Made by a program: the position numbers and the translations under genes. A DNA stretch of 64,000 bases, from positions 250,865-314,864 of the forward strand of contig JAPLYU010000001.1 of the NCBI GenBank assembly GCA_026395405.1, in the 5' to 3' direction. The stretch comes from Candidatus Saccharimonadota bacterium (GTDB lineage Bacteria > Patescibacteriota > Saccharimonadia > Saccharimonadales > Saccharimonadaceae). The notes under the pieces are model-generated. The model did no database searches. It was not told the DNA's origin and saw nothing but the letters and a program-made list of their open reading frames with translations. How positions within the stretch are numbered: position 1 is the stretch's first letter; the number at the start of each line of letters is the position of its first letter. Below are positions 8,876 to 14,813 of this stretch, one piece after another.

Positions 8876-9619
8876 TTAAGCGGTGAACTCAGGCGCAGTG
8901 TTGCCAGGGAGTCCTGTCCCGATGACCCTGTTCAGGTCACCGAGGCCGACGTCCTGCTGGACAAACCTCTGATCGAGGTTCGCTGTCGCAGAAGCCGACG
9001 GGGTTGTCGTAGGACTAGCCGTCGGACTTGCGGTCGGACTTGCCGCGGGCGATGCTTTCGTATCAGCGACCGCGACGGTCTTGTCACCGTTCGACACGAT
9101 GACGACGATGGCTGCGGCGCATACCACCAGCAGAACCAACGCCATTGCGAGCCCAGCGATCAGAATCGTCTGGGTCTTGCTCTTGCGAGGCGCCGGGGGC
9201 TGAGCTTCAGCAGTCTCCGACTTGTAGTACGTCACCTTTTCGGTGACGTCCTGCTCGTCAGTGACCTTCTTGTCAGTCTTCGTCTTGTCCGGCTGAGGCA
9301 CTTCGGCCACAGGCGGCTTCGATGAGGGCTCTGCAGCCCCCGTGGGGGGCGTCGTGCCCTTGTCTTCAGTCTCCATGTTGACCTCGGTCTCGTTGTCGTC
9401 GTTGTCATCGTCATGAAAGACGATGTAACTCCAGAACTTGTTCCAGCCTCTGCGGATCCAGAACCAGAACCGCCTCATGCGGTTCTTGGGGTAGTCATCG
9501 TGAGACTGTGGGATGAGACCGCATTTGATTGCGAATCCGTACCACCAGTCCCAGAAGGGCTCCTTGACGTGGTACTTCCACAAAATGTGGAGGTGAACAC
9601 GCCTTGACAGCTTTTCCAT
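8876..9619 (-). CDS. hypothetical single-pass membrane protein (Trp-rich cytoplasmic N-terminus, acidic/Pro-rich linker, TM, Ala-Ser-Pro-Thr repeats)
   Basis: The ATG at 9619 is preceded by gaggagg. TM helix ILIAGLAMALVLLVVCAAAIVVIV. ASPTASPTASPTTTP low-complexity segment. High G+C. Confidence 0.55.
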   Translation of the reverse strand: MEKLSRRVHLHILWKYHVKEPFWDWWYGFAIKCGLIPQSHDDYPKNRMRRFWFWIRRGWNKFWSYIVFHDDDNDDNETEVNMETEDKGTTPPTGAAEPSSKPPVAEVPQPDKTKTDKKVTDEQDVTEKVTYYKSETAEAQPPAPRKSKTQTILIAGLAMALVLLVVCAAAIVVIVSNGDKTVAVADTKASPAASPTASPTASPTTTPSASATANLDQRFVQQDVGLGDLNRVIGTGLPGNTAPEFTA

Positions 9620-9960
9620 TACAAATTCCTCCTCGTCTCCCCTTAGGCAGGATTTGTGGCAAAGCCACGGTTGCTGTCCAGGGGGTCGGGAGCAGCGCGG
9701 CAACCAATCATTTAGATTAATTGGCGCGCCGCTCTCGACTGAGAAAGAAATTATAAAAATCTATACAAAATACTTGTCTTATTCAGACATGCACTGTAAT
9801 AATCTGATTTGTTAACGATCGTCCGCCATCTGTGAAAGTTCCACCTCACACCTTGATAACTGATGCCACTAATGTATCACAAAAAGGCTAAATTGTCAAT
9901 GTATTAACATAACATTTATGAATAAACACAAGCAGTTTAAATTCAGTCAGATATCAATAC

Positions 9961-9989
9961 TGGTCAAAACCATCTATTTTTGCTACAAT
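9961..9989 (+). promoter_or_regulatory. putative sigma-70 type promoter for tRNA-Glu
   Basis: TGGTCA, then 17 nt, then TACAAT. The -10 element ends 20 nt before the tRNA 5' end. Confidence 0.45.
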
Positions 9990-10009
9990 CATCTGGCGAT
10001 TAACGTATC

Positions 10010-10084
10010 GGTCTCATCGTCTAACGGTTAGGACACCAGGTTTTCATCCTGGCAACCCGGGTTCGATTCCCGGTGAGATCACCA
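10010..10084 (+). tRNA. tRNA-Glu (anticodon UUC), CCA encoded
   Basis: Hand-folded cloverleaf. Acceptor GGTCTCA/TGAGATC (one G-T pair). Anticodon stem ccagg/cctgg with loop ttTTCat. T arm CCGGG-TTCGATT-CCCGG. Discriminator A plus CCA. Confidence 0.9.
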
Positions 10085-10122
10085 AAGTAAAATACCCATC
10101 CATGCGATGGGTATTTTACTTT
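10084..10122 (+). terminator. 17-bp perfect hairpin immediately after tRNA-Glu
   Basis: aaagtaaaatacccatc / gatgggtattttacttt with loop catgc. Confidence 0.55.
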
Positions 10123-10131
10123 GGTATTTCT

Positions 10132-10304
10132 TCGAAATTGAAACCGGGTTGCCCAACCCGGGTGAGAACTGCCAGTCGGCAGTTCGCAAGGCCGGAAGCC
10201 GGATGACGAACGTCACCGACTGAGGCGGGGTCGCGGAATTTTCTGAAAGAAAATATCTGTGACCGATTCCTACTTATAACATCTAGGCGTTGGCCCGGTG
10301 AGAT
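10132..10304 (+). repeat. tRNA-linked conserved structured element, copy A, ending in an interrupted duplicate of the tRNA-Glu 3' end
   Basis: Shares with 57128-57296 this order: P1 hairpin, GTGAGAA, CTGCC-loop-GGCAG, TTCGCAAGG, variable hairpins, GCGGGGTCGCGGAA, GTGACCGA. It then has cgattcc (10264-10270), about 24 nt, and cccggtgagat (10294-10304), which copy the tRNA-Glu T-loop-to-acceptor segment. Confidence 0.6.
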
Positions 10305-10316
10305 TTTCTGGTTTTC

Positions 10317-10664
10317 TTAGTGTGTCAACAACCAAATTAAAGCTTCACAGTCGACAATCTCGTTCTGGGCAGCGTCACGTGTTGCCTGATCATCTGAATG
10401 GTCGACCACGTACTGGTATTGTTTTTCAGCAGTTTCTAGCATTTGTATCGCTTGTTTGGGTTTGGTCTGCATCTCGTCAATACCTTTTTGCTTCAGTTTA
10501 TCTGCTGCGGGTTTATCAGATACAGCAACCGTTTGACTGTTATTCGATATTGTGACAAATCGTGCAATTGAGACCACGCTTATCAACGCAATCAAGAATA
10601 GCGCCCCTAAGAGGATTGCATAAATTAGCTTCTTATTATTTTCTATTTTTTTCTTTTTTACCAT
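10317..10664 (-). CDS. small N-terminally anchored protein, paralog 1
   Basis: Lys-rich N-terminus and one TM helix. C-terminal motif ATRDAAQNEIVDCEALIWLL is shared with the downstream paralog. Confidence 0.55.
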   Translation of the reverse strand: MVKKKKIENNKKLIYAILLGALFLIALISVVSIARFVTISNNSQTVAVSDKPAADKLKQKGIDEMQTKPKQAIQMLETAEKQYQYVVDHSDDQATRDAAQNEIVDCEALIWLLTH

Positions 10665-10761
10665 ATCTTTTCTCCTTAATGTTTATTTCGCTTATGCTAT
10701 ATAAATTATAGTACTTAACACTGTAAAAACAAGTGTTGGCGCTAATCCGGTCTTTATATTC

Positions 10762-11139
10762 TTAAACATTAACCGTATATGATTGGCTTGGGGTTTGGTT
10801 TCTAAGGATGCTAATAAAATAAATTTGCGCCTCACAATCAATTATCATATTTTGGGCGTAATCACGGACAGATTGGTCGGGGCTGGTTGCAAGAATGTGC
10901 TGGTATAATTTTTCAGCCACATGGTACAACAGATTTGCCTCAATGTATCTTTTGTTGGTGTAGGCAACAAGTGCTTGGGCTTTAGTCGCATCTGCCAACG
11001 ATTGCTCGGAACATGCTACCGTTTTATTGGTATTGGCTTGATTGATACGATAAACTAAAACACCTGACCCGGTTGCAATAACTGCGACCATAACCACCGA
11101 TGCGATAATGTACTTAAATTTTATATTTTTTAACATCAC
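10762..11139 (-). CDS. small N-terminally anchored protein, paralog 2
   Basis: One TM helix. C-terminal SVRDYAQNMIIDCEAQIYFI aligns with paralog 1, and the shared AEK.YQ..L/V helix also matches. Confidence 0.55.
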   Translation of the reverse strand: MMLKNIKFKYIIASVVMVAVIATGSGVLVYRINQANTNKTVACSEQSLADATKAQALVAYTNKRYIEANLLYHVAEKLYQHILATSPDQSVRDYAQNMIIDCEAQIYFISILRNQTPSQSYTVNV

Positions 11140-11281
11140 GTTTCCTCCGATTTTCTTAATACGCTTATGTCTACAAGAATTATGATACTTACTTTTTTAG
11201 ACCGACGCAAATCAGAAAGTTTATTATAAGCAAAGAAAAAGGACAGACTTTTTTGTGTTAAATAATAATTTCAAGGATTAG

Positions 11282-11312
11282 GGGAGAGGCGGGCATTTGC
11301 CGCACCTCTCCC
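11282..11312 (-). terminator. GC-rich hairpin overlapping the stop of the metallophosphoesterase gene
   Basis: gggagagg (11282-11289) pairs with cctctccc (11305-11312), with further inner G-C pairs. Confidence 0.4.
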
Positions 11313-12805
11313 TATTTAATAGGATAGTAGTGTTGACTGCCGCCGCGGTCCAGGCGATCGAACTCAAGGGTCCAAACACCGACTAGTTTGGGGTTGGGGC
11401 CACTCGAGAAACACAGTACCTGGAACGAATAGCTGGCGCTTCGGGAAACGCCATCTAGGCCAGAGGCTCCACTGGTGCCACTGCCGATGAGATTTACCGT
11501 TCCTTCGGTCTTGTGGCCGACCTTGTGGTCGTGGCCATAGACTACGGTCAGGTTACGCTTGTCAGCCCTGGCCAGTTCGATGGCCTCTTTAGCCTGGGCC
11601 AACTCGTGTACGACGATGACATCGGGGGGTTCTGGGTAGTTGTACCAAGACCCAGCCAGGGATTCGGAGCTGTTTTCTAACTGCGCCGGTGTTGCCACCA
11701 AGCCTGAATCGTAGGCGGTTGGGTCGCTTTGGCCGATAGCCGTCACTCCATTGATGTTTACCTCTTGGCTACCGAGCAGTTTATAGCCCATTTGCCCAAA
11801 GGTCCGCATAGCTCCGGCGTTCTCGTGGTTGCCCCCGTCGAAATAGATGGGTCTTTTGCCGATGTTTAGCGAACCATCGAAAAAGTGGGCTTCCCACGAA
11901 TATCCCGCGTTGGTGATGTCGCCGGCCAGTATCAGCGCCGAGATATCGCCAAAGCGCTTCTTCGGGTCGTTGATGATTTGGCTGGCAATTTGCATGCCCA
12001 CCGTACTGTCATGGATGTCACCGGCAGCCAAGATGAACGTGCCTGAAGTCGGGATACCCTGACTGCCATCGGTCACGTTATTCATCTGGTCGTTCAGCGA
12101 CACGGCCCCGTCTATCAGGTTATTTAGCAGATTCTCCTGCAGTTGATAGCCCTTGGCTATCTTTAGTACGTAGGGAGCTGCTTTTGCCAGGTCCTGAGCT
12201 AAGGGCCCGGTATAGCTGATATCCGGTGTCCTGTTGAACGTAAGGTACGATATTCCTATCAATACCAAAGCCGGCAGGACAAAGCAGATAACGCCCCAGA
12301 TCGCGAACTTCCTCTTGAACCAGTGTTCGCCGCCGTTGCTGAGGGATATTCCTACTGCGAGTCCTATCAGTGCGATGATAATGACTCGGGTTACCAGGAA
12401 CGCAGCCACTGCGTTGACGGCGTCGTACCCGAACTTCTTGCCGACAGTTTTTGCTGTATTCGGCAGGTCTTGACCGGTCGTAATGTGGTCGTTTAGGACC
12501 AAGTTCATCTTGAGGTTGATTGGAATGGGGTGTGTGCGGAAATTCATGGATCCCAGAGGACCCAGCGAAAACTGCACGTAACCGCCACTCCTCGAACCTA
12601 AGGCCAGCTGATACGACAAATCGCCCTGACGCACCAGGAAATGTTGAGGTGTGATTAGCACCATTCCCAGTACGAGCATGGACAAAATGACGAAAAGCCG
12701 GAAGCAGAACTTGGACAAGGCCTTTTTGTTGGTCTTGATTCTGGTTAGTGTGTTTGACGGCCAAGCAAGGGCCGCCCTGACTTTGCGCTTAGCAAAACAC
12801 AGCAT
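11312..12805 (-). CDS. membrane-anchored calcineurin-like metallophosphoesterase (elevated G+C)
   Basis: N-terminal TM helices followed by the MPE motifs AAGDIHD, LAGDITN, GGNHE and VYGHDH. G+C is 33/60 at both 11401-11460 and 12301-12360, versus 19/60 at 10801-10860. Confidence 0.8.
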   Translation of the reverse strand: MLCFAKRKVRAALAWPSNTLTRIKTNKKALSKFCFRLFVILSMLVLGMVLITPQHFLVRQGDLSYQLALGSRSGGYVQFSLGPLGSMNFRTHPIPINLKMNLVLNDHITTGQDLPNTAKTVGKKFGYDAVNAVAAFLVTRVIIIALIGLAVGISLSNGGEHWFKRKFAIWGVICFVLPALVLIGISYLTFNRTPDISYTGPLAQDLAKAAPYVLKIAKGYQLQENLLNNLIDGAVSLNDQMNNVTDGSQGIPTSGTFILAAGDIHDSTVGMQIASQIINDPKKRFGDISALILAGDITNAGYSWEAHFFDGSLNIGKRPIYFDGGNHENAGAMRTFGQMGYKLLGSQEVNINGVTAIGQSDPTAYDSGLVATPAQLENSSESLAGSWYNYPEPPDVIVVHELAQAKEAIELARADKRNLTVVYGHDHKVGHKTEGTVNLIGSGTSGASGLDGVSRSASYSFQVLCFSSGPNPKLVGVWTLEFDRLDRGGSQHYYPIK

Positions 12806-13021
12806 GCCCTCACCACCTTTGATGTGAAAGAACGTTTTCCTTACTACTATCGAGTATCTATTGAATAGGTACGCAACATATTAGTCAAGCATGCAAATTG
12901 CTATTTAAGAATATAAAACCACCAATAACCAGTCCGATTTAAGTTGTGCACAGCGGCTTACTGGACGCTTGAATACAAATAGGGTAAACTTGAATTGATA
13001 AACATAAACGATTTATAACAG

Positions 13022-13822
13022 ATGGCGAGCGACAAAAAACTCATTATAGCTAATTGGAAGATGAACCTCGATATGCACGAGGCGAGTTTGTATCTGCATA
13101 AATTATCAAAAATGGTAAAAGTCCACAGGGATACCGAGGTTGTACTAGCTCCTACATCTTTGACACTGCAGTCGCTAAGTTTGCAGGTTAATTTAAAGCA
13201 ATTCAAACTGGCGGCACAAAATTTTTATTGGCGTGATTCAGGTACATATACCGGTGAAATTTCCGCTACTCAACTACGTGGCGTAGTGCAATATGCCTTA
13301 GTCGGTCACTCTGAACGGCGCCATATCTTTAATGAAAGCGACAAAGACGTTCGTAACAAAGTCGCAGCAGCAATCCGCAACAATATTCGACCGGTGTTAT
13401 GCATCGGCGAAACTGCTTGGGAACATGCAAATAACGAGACCAAAGACGTTATCCACGACCAACTTGCAGGCGGGTTGGCCAATATTACAGGTGAAGAACT
13501 TGAAAAAGTTGTCATCGCGTATGAACCCGTCTGGGCAATTAGCGCTGGGCTAGGGTCTACGCCAGTTAGTGTTTCACTCGATGATGTCAAATTGGCATTT
13601 AACGCAGTTCGCAACCAAATCAAACACCTGTACGGGCAAAAGGCGTCAGAATCTATCCAAGTACTTTATGGCGGTAGCGTAACAGGGGATAGTGTGGCAG
13701 ATTATTTATCACTTCCGGGTGTAAATGGACTACTTGTGGGTTGGGCTAGTTTGAACGCCAATACGTTTAATGAAATACTTGAAAAAGCACATAAAAGTGC
13801 CTTAGCGGATAAAAAGGAATAG
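13022..13822 (+). CDS. tpiA: triosephosphate isomerase
   Basis: IANWKMN, GHSERR, AYEPVWAI and YGGSV motifs. Confidence 0.9.
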   Translation: MASDKKLIIANWKMNLDMHEASLYLHKLSKMVKVHRDTEVVLAPTSLTLQSLSLQVNLKQFKLAAQNFYWRDSGTYTGEISATQLRGVVQYALVGHSERRHIFNESDKDVRNKVAAAIRNNIRPVLCIGETAWEHANNETKDVIHDQLAGGLANITGEELEKVVIAYEPVWAISAGLGSTPVSVSLDDVKLAFNAVRNQIKHLYGQKASESIQVLYGGSVTGDSVADYLSLPGVNGLLVGWASLNANTFNEILEKAHKSALADKKE

Positions 13823-13833
13823 GGGTGGAATAA

Positions 13834-14784
13834 ATGAAAGACATTGATTTTGATGAAATAGACCGAGCAGTAAACTCAGTCAGTTCGGACAATCCTGTCA
13901 CAAACGATAATATCGCAAGCACCACAACCCAACCTGATACATCCGAACCATCAAAACCAGCAATTCAAACGCCACCAGCTTTGGCGGGACGACGAAGTTC
14001 AGGACAGTTTATGGACGTCGTTCATCCCAGCTCGAATATGCGTCGAGCACCAATCAATATGCCGGATCGTCCATTGAATCAAAATACTACACCAGATACA
14101 CCAACGTCTCCTTCTGTTTCAGAACCGCAACCAACTGAAACCGAATTGCCGACACCAACCGTCCCAAACAGTGGCTGGGCTGAATTAAAAGACGAGAACG
14201 AAGACGCGGATATCGATAAAATCAACGATGACATCGTAAACGAACTTGACCACAAATCAGACGAATTACCAGACACTCCGTTTATATCGGGGACCAAGGT
14301 TGAAAAACGACCACTTGGGGCATTTTCTACCGAATCAACAGCTCCCGAAGTTGAACCTGAATCAGAAAATCCAATCTCGGATGATAAAAAGGATGACTCG
14401 CTTCCCGATGAGTTGCAAGACAATCTGTTATCAATCGAATCAAAAGAAAGTACGCCTAGTCCAGAGATTCAAAAAGAGGAAGCAGAGCCTATTGAAAAAC
14501 CCGAGGTTGTCGAAAAGCCTGAAGTCACTAAAAAACCCGAAGCGTCGATAGTCGAAAGCAAGCCTGCTGTAGCTACTTCTATAACCCAGCAATACGAAGA
14601 AAAACCAAGTACTGGCGATAAGGATAGCGGGCCGATTTACGACACAAATGCCTACCACAAACCCCTTGCGTCACCAGTAAAAAAGAAATCGAGCTGGAAA
14701 ATAATCATATGGATACTAGGTATACTTATCATTGGTGTTGGCGCTGGCATTCTGGTGTATTATTTTGTCCGACCGATACTGTAA
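13834..14784 (+). CDS. hypothetical acidic Pro/Glu-rich protein with C-terminal TM anchor
   Basis: 316-aa ORF with low-complexity PE/PT-rich segments (KPEVVEKPEVTKKPE) and a terminal helix IIIWILGILIIGVGAGILVYYF. Confidence 0.55.
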   Translation: MKDIDFDEIDRAVNSVSSDNPVTNDNIASTTTQPDTSEPSKPAIQTPPALAGRRSSGQFMDVVHPSSNMRRAPINMPDRPLNQNTTPDTPTSPSVSEPQPTETELPTPTVPNSGWAELKDENEDADIDKINDDIVNELDHKSDELPDTPFISGTKVEKRPLGAFSTESTAPEVEPESENPISDDKKDDSLPDELQDNLLSIESKESTPSPEIQKEEAEPIEKPEVVEKPEVTKKPEASIVESKPAVATSITQQYEEKPSTGDKDSGPIYDTNAYHKPLASPVKKKSSWKIIIWILGILIIGVGAGILVYYFVRPIL

Positions 14785-14813
14785 TCTTATCTTTTAGGCT
14801 ATAATAGATATTA

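Larger units (their letters stand above)
7997..9813. mobile_element. high-GC cassette bounded by 28-30 nt imperfect inverted repeats (no transposase seen)
   Basis: Left repeat 7997-8026 is aacaaatcagattgttacaacgtgcatgtc. The reverse complement of 9786-9813 is aacaaatcagattattacagtgcatgtc, with 27 matches and one 2-nt gap. Interior G+C is far above the flanks: 44/60 at 8401-8460 and 39/60 at 9001-9060, versus 26/60 at 7001-7060. Confidence 0.45.

Noticed and set aside
8153-9325. Several long plus-strand ORFs (8153-8416, 8259-8879, 8429-8638, 8575-8886, 8837-9325) and an extra minus-strand frame (8354-8857) inside the GC-rich block.
   Set aside because: Their translations are Arg/Pro/Gly/Cys-rich with no hydrophobic periodicity or start signals. 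This is the usual alternative-frame or antisense artefact of high-GC coding DNA. The minus-strand ORFs 8322-8867 and 8876-9619 have a plausible SD, a TM helix and sensible composition.
11195-11225. gcaaatcaga near 11205, resembling the aacaaatcagatt terminal repeat of the 8-9.8 kb cassette; this would imply a third repeat copy flanking the phosphoesterase island.
   Set aside because: Only about 9-10 nt match, and I could not find a convincing partner on the other side of the island (12806-13020). This is within chance expectation for AT-rich spacer DNA.
12120-12764. A 214-aa minus-strand ORF nested in the metallophosphoesterase gene.
   Set aside because: It is an alternative frame of the same strand, with an Arg/Gly/Pro-rich translation. 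The 11312-12805 frame carries all the metallophosphoesterase motifs.
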